Shown one piece after another: positions 15,301-28,225 of a DNA stretch of 64,000 nucleotides. Source of the stretch: Chrysomallon squamiferum (taxonomy: Eukaryota; Animalia; Mollusca); NCBI GenBank assembly GCA_012295275.1, contig CM022665.1, forward strand, positions 30,566,001 through 30,630,000. Reading direction: 5' to 3'. The notes under the pieces were generated by a model. The model made no database searches. It was given only the letters and a program-made list of their open reading frames with translations, and was not told where the DNA came from. Both the position numbers and the translations under genes were made by a program. Position 1 is the stretch's first letter. The number at the start of each line of letters is the position of its first letter.

Positions 15301-16070
15301 TCACTATGTCAAGAAAACGAAGAATTGTTTATATACTCTAGTATTATGTTTGGTACGTGTATTAACTGTATGAGATAAAATACACAAACTTTCAGAGTTT
15401 TCACCGAATACATTTCTCTGTGTGAGTGTGGCACTGAGAACAGTTGTGAAAGATGTCAGCTTTATTAACAAAGAGTCCAGTTCCTCTTCTGATTTCACTC
15501 CAATCTCCCTGTAACAGACAGCATGGTTACTGGTAATAGAAGCAGCAGTAGTAATAGTAGTAATAATAATAGAAGTAGTAACAGTAGTAGCAGTAGCAAT
15601 AGTATTAGCACTGGTAGTACAAGTAACAGCAGCAGCAGTAATAGCAGTGGTAGTAGTACTAATAGTAATTGTTGTTGTGATAATAGTTGTAATATTTATA
15701 GTAATACTAATAGTTGTTGTTGCTGTTATTGTTGTGTATGTATATTCCAGATTTTTCCTAATATACAATTAGAAAAAAAATAGTATCAACGATAAATATT
15801 TTTAAAAGACTGCTTAAGAATTTACCACGTTTGTGTAAAGTCATCTAGACATCCACAATCTGAAGACTGAAGCATTGGCGCGTCCATCATTACATTCACG
15901 TCGTTGTCGTACACGATCTGGCCGTGGTCGTAGCGAAATGCTCTGTGTATAGAATTGGGTGCTTTGTGAAAAACACGCCACGGCACGAGGACGGCTGATA
16001 CACCTTTCATCTGTGTGTAAGTGTCACAGACGGACGGACTGAACAGAGAACTGAACTCCATGTTTAACAT
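12347..16070 (-). CDS. Gene B: uncharacterised protein of about 536 aa with a globular-looking N-terminal third, a charged low-complexity C-terminal part and a basic tail
   Basis: Exons 16070-15826, 15508-15405, 15042-14933, 13759-13648 and 13386-12347 join with GT-AG and compatible phases (2,1,0,1) into a 1611-nt ORF ending KNKPGKRRPRK*. The last exon is the 348-aa ORF in the track. No family recognised. Confidence 0.8.
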
Positions 16071-16180
16071 CTGTAATTACAATGTAACTTGAAAGCTCAT
16101 TTAGTCAAATCACCGACAAAAGTCTGGGCAAAAGGGATTTTATTTATTTCAGCAAACAAAGCAAACAACTGAACCTTAAG

Positions 16181-16450
16181 GAAACTGTATCAGAGATAAT
16201 AAATGTATACACAAAGATAACAAACATACATCCACCTGTGCATTAACATAAAAAAAAAATAAAGTTTATACTAAATAAATAAATACAAACAATATAACCA
16301 TCATTTGCTTACTTCAAAAACTATATCAGAGACAGTAAATGTATACAAAAATAGTCACAAACATACCGCCACCTGTTCATTAACATTCGCAAAAATAAAG
16401 ATCATACTAAATAGATAAATACAAACAAAATAACCATCGCTTGAATACTT
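16181..16450. repeat. Two-copy ~135-bp tandem duplication in gene B's first intron
   Basis: AAACTRTATCAGAGAYARTAAATGTATACA...CCACCTGT.CATTAACAT...ATACTAAATA.ATAAATACAAACAA.ATAACCATC at ~16181 and ~16317. Confidence 0.8.
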
Positions 16451-16678
16451 TAAGATAACTCAAAACATAATTTGACGAATGAGCCATTTTCATTTTATCA
16501 TTGTTCAAGAGGAATACTGTATAGTTCTTTATTTCTGTACTTCTCTTTGTCTGTATTAACATTTTATTTCAGAGCCTATGAATAATACAAATGCTACACC
16601 ACAAATATCATTAACATACTGAAATTTTGAATACAGTGCATACTTAAGGATGATACAAACAGAACTGCTTATACTTAC

Positions 16679-16740
16679 CTGGACACACAAATACTTTCAT
16701 AATAAATAATGAACGGGAAAAAAAATGAGTGCTTCTACAT
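16679..16740 (-). other. Probable 5' UTR exon of gene B (its 5' end is undefined)
   Basis: Strong donor CAG|GTAAGT at 16679/16678 on the minus strand. The acceptor AG (16072-16071) sits immediately before gene B's ATG, and there is an in-frame stop upstream within this exon. Confidence 0.5.
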
Positions 16741-18693
16741 ACCTTACAGGTAAAACATGTTATTACTTAGCGACAGTCAGTTGTCGTCCGTGTCCACTGA
16801 GCTTTGATTGTCTCCTTATGTGGTTGAGTTAACACAGTTCACAACACCGGCCTAGTTTAACACCTGAAACTTTTTTCAAACAGTGGGTGCCGGTTCCGTT
16901 GTTATTATACAACACTTAAACTATACATACACGTCATTAGATTGTAACTGTCCACAGGGAACATAATCCTTGATATACAGGATAGTAGTGTCTATATTCT
17001 GTATTTATTTATTTATTTATTTATTTATTTATATGTTTAATTTAGCTTAGATTAATAATTTATCCAAAAAAGGGTCAGGGAATCCAGAATAGCGCGATTT
17101 GATTATGATGGCTTCAGTCTTACAATAATGATTGTGGGGCATACAACCCGAGGTCACTATAACTTTAAATGTCGTAAATGAATATTTTTACAAGGAAGAA
17201 AAACAATGTCGTAAAAAAGACCGGTTAGAGAGTGCTTCTATTGATTATTGTTTGTAATGGAAGGTACTGCGTTCTCGAAGATCGTGTGATAAACAGACGT
17301 TGTTAATATTCGTAAATAATACAATTAAATGAAGAATTGCAACTCTTGACTTCACAAATAAAAATAATTAGCATTTTATTTCCCTTAATGGTTCATTAAT
17401 TCCGCTCCAGCACTTTCAACAGCCGTTATATATATATAATAGACCAGCATTTTTCTAAAACTAGAATTTCTTACAAGTCAACTCTCGCTTTATTTTCTGT
17501 GCATTGTGATAATTTGTTTTCTTGCTCGTCGTTTATATGCATGTTACACTACGTGTCAACATGTCGACATTCTGCTGCCGCCTTCTGCAACTGATAAATT
17601 CAACTATTAATTCTGTTAAAAGTTGTGTATTTGTTTCCTTTAACAATAATAACAATAATAATAATCGTGGTAGTAGTAGTAGTAATAGTAGTAATAATAG
17701 TAATAATAGTAACGATAATGATGATGATTATGATGATGATAACAATTTAATGTTCAGTAAAGTAAATCCGTTGTGATACGAACATAACCTGTAACAACAT
17801 CTTGTACATTTCCAAATCATTGTTTTAAATGCCCTACTGCACAACCCTTTTTAATAATAAAGTACGGCAATAAAAGTATTACGTAGGACTTACTATTCTT
17901 CATTTAAACAACTAATTTAATCGTCACACCACCATACATTTCAAACGTGCTTAATTAAATTCTTACGAGTCAATCCTGGTTTCTTAACTGGTATTGAAGA
18001 ACCTGTAGCATATTTTGAATGAATTTATAATATTTTTATGGAGATCGGAATAATACTTCTTTCATTTTCTATTTAATTACCAAATAAGAGTTTTGAATAC
18101 CGAATAATCTCTTAGCCATAATCCAGTCTGAAAAGTAACTTTTAAGATAATAACAATAAAATAAACCAACAGTGAAGCCATTTCTAACATCCTGTTCGAG
18201 TTAGGAAAAAACGAGTTAATCCCTGAAAAGAGCTGTTTGCAAAATTAATCTACAATCTTTTAACATCAAAACAAATGTTTTTATTTTTTTTTTTTTTTTT
18301 TAATTTCTTAATTTATTACCATAGTTACGCAAGAAAATATAAATTTGAGTTTGTAATTTCGAACGTAGCCCTTATTTTATGATTATTATAATTAAACTAA
18401 TAGCAGCTAACTTTGAATTGCGCCGAATTTTAAAAATGATTTAACTATTTTAGATCTAATGAAGTTATATTTATTTGGAAAAATAAATAAATAAATAAAA
18501 TAAAATAAAATAAAATAAAATAAAATAAAATGTATTACTATTTATATATATTAAATTTTGTTTTAAACATGGTTTTGCAACGAAATATCAATTAAAAAAA
18601 TTGCTGATATTTTAAAAATAATATTTGTATATTCTTTTGTACTAGTGTAAAAACATTTGCGATGTTCCAAATTAATATATACATACATACAAT

Positions 18694-18729
<36 letters not shown>

Positions 18730-19060
18730 CCTACCACACATACACATAGACACACACGCGTACATACATACTCACAAAAATACATAAACCGGATTTCATC
18801 CGTGAAGCTGTGTAGGAAATATGTACGTATTATGCAACCTATAATTATAGCTATACAAAATCATCAACAACAGAAACATTTAGAAAGATGTTAATGGTTC
18901 GTGTGGCTGTACGATTCGAAAACATCACCAGAACAATACGCTGCGAAAGCAAGTTACAACATGAAAGCTAGCAAAGCCAAACATGGTCTCTGAGAAACAT
19001 ACAAAGGAGGCGACTGACGTCGTTAAAAAGAAAATGTAGTTACTGATCAGACGAGAAAAC
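16740..19060. promoter_or_regulatory. Divergent intergenic region upstream of genes B and C
   Basis: Positional only: about 2.3 kb between oppositely oriented 5' ends. No specific elements are claimed. Confidence 0.35.
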
Positions 19061-22000
19061 ATGGAAGCGGTGAAGAAGAGTTTGTCGTTTTTCTTCTATT
19101 TCTTTTTTCTAGTTTACCGAACTAAAGCGTTGCAGTCAGGAGGGTAAGTAAAAATCTTTAGTAATATGTTCAATAATCTAATGATGTAATATTACCTAAT
19201 GCTCAGTTACTATTACTATTCAAGTTGAATCGTTGGTATTACATCAGGATTTGTGTTAATACCATTTTAATTAGCCTTTCATGATTTTTAAGGTGCATTA
19301 AAAGATTTTTAAGATACATTAAAAGATGTATTTAAAAATTTGAAAACGTATTTAGGACAAAAAAAATAAGAAGAAGAAGAAGAAGAAGAAGAAATAAAAT
19401 AATAATAATAAAATGTCTCATTCACTAATATAAATGACGTTAATTTACACAGTTATAGTAATTAATACAAATGAAAATGTAATAAATAATAAGAAGAAGA
19501 AGAAAAAGAAGAACAGCAATGCTGATGATAAAGATCATAGTTTTAAAATTATTTTAAACATAATTTCGTTTTACAAAAGTAAAATTTGTCTCATGTTTAT
19601 GTATAAACATCTTCATAAACGACACACAAAAATTTAATAGTATTGCCATACCTTACTTACCTAATAATTATCTGTTTTACATTATAATATTTGCTATATG
19701 ACTGCGATCAGCACTACGTTAGTTTTGTATTATCCTTTCTGTAGTCATATCCCGTTCCACTCATTGCTCGACAGTTGGTTTATGTACAGACTGTATGATA
19801 GTAAAAAGAAAAATAACAACAATAATAAAATTAAAATAAATAATTTGACAGTTTAATTATAGCCTTGACCATTTTTTTGTAATCAGATAGTTTGTGCCAG
19901 TTAAGTATTATTGCGAAAAATCTAACAAAAATGTATACAGTTGTTAAGAAGTTCTATCACAACGGTTAAATAAGACTGGAAAAAATGCAGTTCCAAAACA
20001 ATACATAATAATTATATTTCTTTATTATTAGAAAACGGTGACTGCCCATAGTAATAATCTAATAATCTCGAATTATGTAGAATGTGTTTAGATCCAAAGT
20101 TTTTAGTTTTTGTAATAGTTTTTACCCATTCTAGTCAGAGTTCCATGTTGTTTTTATTTGAATAACGTTCATACGACAAATTAACATTGATTTTTATATC
20201 ATTTCAGAGAAAACGTTGTTACTTGGACAGAAGAAGTTTGTAATGATCCAGTACTAGGCTGTTCGCTTTTTGGGTAACATTTACAAATGACTTACTAAAT
20301 AAACCCGTGTTTTAAATGTAAGACAACCGAAATAAACACTGGCTCTTATTCATTATCCATTAATCGTTAAAATAAACCTCACTATCATTTCTCTCTGTTC
20401 GTCCCTTTAATTTTTGGAGAGAGAGAGAGAGATTCTCCTATTTATTTGTATTTGTTCATATAACTTGTATAACCACCACTATTGTGTACAGTTTAGTACA
20501 TTATATAAAATGTTTTATCTCAAAACAGAATTGGTAAAGAAAAAATAACACACGTGGCTTGTGCAGCAGGTTGGTTGGAAAGCGGGGATGGGGTAAACTG
20601 CGGAATTCGTGAGTATTTTTCCTTAATAAACATATTTTGATATAGAAATAATTATATGTCTGTAACTTCTTCAGTATTTCCAGTGCCACATCTATTTTTA
20701 CATACAATAACTTGGAATAAATTCCTGTCAGGGAACGTGTGTTTTAGTTTATAGTTAACAAAATAACATGGTTGATCTTTTCATATAAAAATATACTGTT
20801 AATTATGAAATCTTCTATCGATAAAACAACATAACAGTAGAATAAATAAATTAAATACTACCACCACCACTACTACTACTTGTACTGCTACCACTGTAAC
20901 AACTATTATTACTGCTGCTGCTAATGCGGCCACTATTACTAACACCTCTGCTACTACTACTACTATTACTACGACTACTACCATTACTATTACTAAAATG
21001 CTACTAATAATACTACTTAAATACCACTAGTACCATCACTACTGAAACTATTACTACAATGTAAATGCTATTAATATTACTACTATTACTTTTCTGCGCT
21101 ACTTCCACTACAATTACCACTACCATAACTTCTACTGTTACTATTAGTGCTACTACTACTAATATTAATACTACCACTACTACTATTACTACTAACAATA
21201 ATAATAAAGAAAATAACAGAGAAAATAATTACTTAAAATAATTTTAAATAAACTGATTACAAACGACATGCATTAGATTTTACTATTTACATATATCTGT
21301 GTACATATCCATATACACGTCTCTTAATATATATTTTGCTGACTTCTGTTACTGTGGATTTTTAAAACAATTTGTTTAAAGACCAATATTCTTACTTTTA
21401 TTTATTTATTTATTTAATTACTACTACTACTATTGTTATTAATTATTTATTTATTATAATAATAATAATTATTATTATTGTTATTATTACTTCTACTACT
21501 ACTACTATTACTATTACTACTATTATTTATTTATTTATTTATTTATTTTGTTTTTCAGCTAAATGCGATTGCAATAGAATGTTTAGTGATTCTGGTGGGA
21601 TCTGCTATGAACCATATGTCTGTGAAAACTGCGAACAAGGTTTCTTTACAGAAATCAACAGAGTTTTCTGTGACAGTGAGTATTAATGGTTAGGCGGCTG
21701 AATAGACTGTTAACATGGGAATCGCATTTCATCTGCTACTGGTCTATTATTTGTCGATCTAACCGGTGTTTTCACAATGGATTTATCAAGATATAGAATA
21801 ATTACAACGACAAAAAAAATTTAATAAATGAAGATTTTTGATGTGATAAAATATATTTTAATATTTTGAAAACTTTTTTAGAAAACGTAGTTGGACATTT
21901 TAAGGAAAACAAAGACAAGAACCTAAAAAGCTATATTAAAAAAAAAAAAAAAAAAAATCGTTAAAGATGTGTACGTTAACTTTCGAAATAAGATTAAGAT

Positions 22001-23737
22001 GGGACTGATTATTTAACTATTGAAAGTAATAGATTGTTTTAATTGCCAAGTTTTCTAGCATCGATCACAAACATGATATATATGCATTAAGGTATTACTC
22101 CACGTGCCCAAAATGATAAGTAATAAATAAACAGGATAATCATGTTTTTTAATCTCTTACACAAACAATTACATTATTAACAACTTCAAAAAACTAAATG
22201 AGTTTACTGTCTGTTCAGAATAGAAAACAACTTTGTAACCTTGGAAACTTTAAAACATGTATTAAATTTAAAACCGCATCACGTATAACTTTCCATCCTG
22301 CAAATGCACATCCACTTTTTAAAGTTTAAACCGAAGATTATTTATATATGATTTATAACATTGTACATACCTGTATGCTTATGAGCCACACGGCTTATAG
22401 TAAATAAACTACTGCAGCAAGTATTATAAATCATCGCATATATGAACACATAAATATATTATTTATAATCCCAACATACGCACCTAAAATCATCAGTGTC
22501 TGCGTACATGCATACGAATGCGTTATGCGTATGTGCATAGATGTAGCTGTGTTTTTTATCTGTTATGTTTCAATCTGAGAAATTTTTTTTCTAAAGACAT
22601 GATAAGTGAACCTCACGTTTTAAACATTCAAAGGAGCCAGTGAAGATTGTAATTCTTAAAAATTAAAATAAAATAAAACACTTTTATAACCATAATACAA
22701 ACAAACAATCCTCCCTAAAAAAGAGAAACAAAAGAATAAATAAATAAATAAAATAAATATTAATAAATAAATAAGTAAATTAATAAGTAGGTACTTAAAC
22801 AAACAATCCTTCAAACAAACAAAAAAACACACACACACACAAACAAATAAACAAACAAACAAACAAACAAATAAATAAATAAATAAATATTTAAATATTA
22901 CAGTATGTAATCGGATTGCTAACTGTGAAACAGTAGACTGCAGCACTGACAATGATGAGAAATGCTACAGGTGTGAAGATGTATACGTAGACGAAAAAGG
23001 AAAAAGAGGCTATTTTCTGAGTAAGGATGGAAAAAGCTGTTTAAGTGAGTATGTTAAAAACATAGCAATTTTGAAATAATTAATTCATTTATTTATTCAC
23101 TAACATATTAAAAATAGTACATGTAGAGAAAACAGAAAAATGTGTGTGTGTGTGTGTATTTGTCTTTTGTTCTGCTGTTACGCAAAATTTGATGGAAACG
23201 TAATAAAAACATTTTATCTAGTTATATGCGATCTTACTAAATATTTGGAATAATAATAAATGAAACAACCTAATAACTTATCTGTCTGTTGTTACTTAAT
23301 ATAAGGCGTTTCATTTTTGCACAAATGTATTTTATTTGCTAGTTTGTTTATTCATTCATGATCATAGTCACATTACTATTATTATCATCAGTAGTAGTAA
23401 TAGCGGTAATAGTGGTGTAAGTAGCGGTGATAGTAGTAATAGTTAAAATGTAATGTAAATATATTACAGAGGCGTGTTCTTGGCTTAGTGACAGTACACG
23501 TTGTTTTCCTGGTACCTGTGGTGGAGATGGTTTGTTTGATGACTGTGTTTGTGCATCTGGATTTACTGGAGTCCACTGTGAAATAAGTAATTTATTTTCT
23601 ATTCCTTGTTTCACACATACACATAATGCATTCATACATATATATATATATATTTACACACACATATATACGCACAGACAGAGAGAGAGAGAAAAAAAAT
23701 AAAAAGGTAAATGAAAAATAATGAGAGATTGTGAAAT

Positions 23738-23820
<83 letters not shown>

Positions 23821-25623
23821 TAAAACTACTACATTATAGCAAACATCAGCTGTTATGATTACTGTGTCTTTAATGTTATGTTTTAGTGAAAATATATTTT
23901 AATATGACTCTTTTGGTAGTTTTAACTAATTTATAGTAAAAACCTTTTCTACTGACAGCTCAACACATAGCACAGTATCTGATATCTTTAGCTTCTACAT
24001 ACTAATGAACCGCATTCAGGGAACATCCTCTAACCGAGAAATCGGTGTATGAACTGCTGAATATATTAAGAGACTATGCTTTATAAATCCTTATAACTTT
24101 GGATATAATGTTTCCTTTTAGCTGAAGGCAAACCTCTGAACCACTGCATATATTAAGATAATACCCCTTATTTGTTCTTATGATTGCTTATATGGTGTCT
24201 CCTTTCAGTTCAAGACAACCCCAACCTTTACGACGAACTTTTCACAGTGGCCGATGCTAATGACGTAACAGAGGTATCAGTCCCCGTTACAAAGGAACCT
24301 ACAGTGTGGTGCAACATTAGAAATCCAAGAACGTTGTCCTACAAGTTTTCATCTGATTTTCGAAAAGGTGGAGGCCCAAAGCCAGCCTACATAGTTGAAT
24401 CACGGATTGGAATTATAAACGCTTTTGTGACATTCGAGTTAAAAAGGAGTAAATATGAATTATCAATTTGAATATGTCATATTATGCATTAACATTTAAT
24501 TTATAGATTTATATAACTTGAATGATTATCAGTGTATGTGTATTTAATTGACATTCTTAATTCCGAATATATATATTCCGGTTTAGAGAAATAAATTTTA
24601 ATGTTTAAAGATACGTCCGCTTTTGAAGGTCTGGTTTTGAAGGGTTTCACTGTATGTATGTGTGTGTGTGTATTTATGTATATGTGTGTGTCTGTCTGTA
24701 TGTGCGTATGTATGTATATGTGTGTACGTGTAAACATGTAAGTATGAACACATGTATGTGTTTGTGTGTGTGTGTGTGTATATGTATACACACACACACA
24801 CACACTTGTGTATATGTATGTATGAATAGCGAGAGAGAGAGGATAACATTTTATTCTTCATCTGTCATTGTCACATGGAACATTTGTATTAAATTTTATA
24901 AATCTACTGATAAAATGTTATAATTTTTATTATTGATTATTTATTTCAGACGGAAATGTTATGAATCGGAAAACTAAAACGTGTCCTGGCATAAATCAAG
25001 ACAATGCAGAACAAAACCGATATCAGTGTTCAGGAATTGTATCTCCAGCTGAAATATTTGGTTCCAGTTTGATACCTTTTCAGAATCTTGACGAGTTAGT
25101 GAAAACAATATTTTGTAAATGAATCATGTTGATTGATATTTTCGCCTTCTTCGAGATCTTATCACTTTAATAAAGTTTTGATAACTTAGCGCATATCAGA
25201 GAAAATTTTCATTGTTTCCTGTATTGATATATTTAATATTCATTTACAAAAATAGTTATTGCTCTCAGTAAAACATTTTCTCATGTATGTTATTTTGTTC
25301 CTTTCAGGATTAAGTTTTCTACAAAATCTGAAAATGGAGGATACGTGATTGTTATGAATTTTATACAAATACAAACACAACGTTTCTACATGCTAGGTAA
25401 AACTGTAATGGGCCCTACATTTTCAATCACCATGGACTACGTAAAACCACACCACACTTGTGATCCTCCAAGTCGGTGTCCAGATGATGTTCTGTCCGTG
25501 CCAAATGTTATGATGAAAGTAAGAAACAATATTTAAAAACTCAATGTGGTCGTGAGGCCTTATTATTTTAGAAATTTATACAAGATATTTCAATATATAT
25601 AATTTAAAAAAGAATTATAATGA

Positions 25624-25704
<81 letters not shown>

Positions 25705-27076
25705 TCAGTATACATGTATATGTGTGTACTGGTCTTTTATCTCTCATATACATACGAGTGTACGTACATATTCCATAAATGTGTTTTTAATCACATTAAA
25801 TAATGAGGTATATTTTATTCTCAGACACCCATACCGATAAAATGGGACAGATGGCTTGATGATCACTCTGGGATTCAGCACTATGTAATGGAAATATTCG
25901 ATCTCATATTCATTAAAGGTCAAGGTTTGAAGCAAAACACGAGAATTTCCAGAACTGTTCTCACTGAAGTAAGACGTTATCATTATTATAATTGTATATT
26001 AATTCTTAGTCAAACAAGTTATAAATAGTGGCACACACCTTCTCCTAACGCCTTTATTAATAATAACTGACGGTTGTAGTGATGAATCTAGCTTAATGGA
26101 ATAAATAAAACAGAATCATTAAGAATAAGAATATACTGAGCAGTTTCTTTTTGCTGACTGGTATTTTAATATCCGTGATGATGACTAGCATAATGAATAA
26201 TGTATTAGGCTCAGCGAGTGAAGAAACGTATATACATTTTTTTTTTTTGGCCAATATTTAGCATTGCCATCGTTTTATATTCAGAAAATCTACTTCTTTA
26301 CACCTACCAAATCTGGAGTGTTTGCTGTTGTGCTGACAGCATTTGACAAAGCTAACAATTACGAGACTGCAAGAAGAATTGTTTTGTTTGACGACTCTTC
26401 AGAAATCTCAACTAAAACAAACACCCGACTTCTTGTGTCATCGGCATCACCCGTCACAGACTACGTCTGGCAAATCACGTCAGACTTCGTCACGGTCGAC
26501 TGGGTTCAGCGATATATCAACGAATACCACTACAACAACAATCTGCTTGACGTTGTCGTGTCTAACAGCGGCATTTTAGATAAATACGACGACAAATATG
26601 GCCCGAGGAACATAGCTGCAACCAAAAATAAGCAAGGTACAAGTTCAGTTTCACTTTAATATGACAGTTATAAGTAACATTTTGGAGATGGCTTACCGAT
26701 TTGTGAATGTGAATAAAGTCAATCAACAATATAATTGCTGGTATATAAACAAATTACATTTTTACTTAAATATAGTTTAAATGTACAGTAAGAATAATTA
26801 TGATCGTAAATGCAGTCTTATCTTTTTAGATGGTTGTACATTCAGTTGTATAAAAAGTGGATTTATAAACATTTATCTAGATTAAGTTTGAGGCTTCATG
26901 CAGAGTCACTGAAATAATATACGTCAAAACTGGGGATGCTGTGAACGATTAATATGAATAACTAACATAAATATTGCTCTGCCTTGTAGTATATACATAT
27001 CTATGTTTAAGGTTTCCCGCCTAGATGAACATTAAAAATTTAATATAGAAAAAAGTCAGTTTCCTTTAACTGATTT

Positions 27077-27123
<47 letters not shown>

Positions 27124-27748
27124 GGCTGTACACTTCTGAAATATCTTGTCCATTTCAATTTTAGGACATATAATACAATTTTCTTTCTTTAATACATTTT
27201 AAATAACGAACACGTTTAATATTTCAGGTATTATAAAATTCACGACGTCGTACAAGACGGATCATTCAGGTGGTGCGACATTCACTTCGGTTCCCGTGGA
27301 CAGCGACTTCACCGACGTTGTTCTCTCTGAGATTCAGACTGTAACTCCACGGCTTGAAGACGGCGACAGCCTGATGTTCTGGGTGCGAGCCTACGACGTG
27401 CGAGATGAATATTTTGAGGAGAACGTCACCGTGCACATCGACACTTCTCCCCCGGTCATAGAAAATCTGTGGCTCACTAAAGGAGACCAGCTCAATGTTA
27501 GTGTACACGACGTGCACGAGTTCAACACAGTCACGTGAGTTTTTACTGAACTGGTCATTTCATTTACTGTGATAAAACTTTGTTTGAGTTAATGGTTTAA
27601 TGTACTATTATAAAACATTGTTTGAGTTTTCGTGAGTTAGTTATTTAATGTACTGTTATAAAACGTTGAGTTTTTACTGCATTAGTAATTTCATGTTATA
27701 ACACGTTACGTGAGTTTCACTGAATCAGTGATTTAATGTACTATTATA

Positions 27749-27800
<52 letters not shown>

Positions 27801-28173
27801 TACTACAAAAACATTTTAAAATCAGATTCTGTATTTATAACATTCAGAATAGAGTGGGTAGCCTTTGACGACCACAGCGGTTTGCAGACAGTGTCATGGC
27901 GTTTGTTTGACAACTACACAGGAAACGACATCGTTCATGGAATCGAACACATCCCAGTACAGAATGGACAAAAAGTAATAAATTTGAATAATGTTATTAT
28001 TTAAACAAATCATCCATGTATCACACTTTTTTACTGATAAGTGTCTAAATAATTATTAAAAAGTAAAATGTAAAGTAAAACACATTCATTTAATATCTTT
28101 TCAAATTTGAGATAAATGTTTACTGATTATTTATAAATATAATAAGTATGTATGTATGTATGTATGTATGTAT

Positions 28174-28225
<52 letters not shown>

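Noticed and set aside
15822-16070. TGF-beta/cystine-knot-like peptide ending in DCGC
   Set aside because: It lacks the other knot cysteines, and a donor at 15826 splices the ORF on in frame as exon 1 of gene B.
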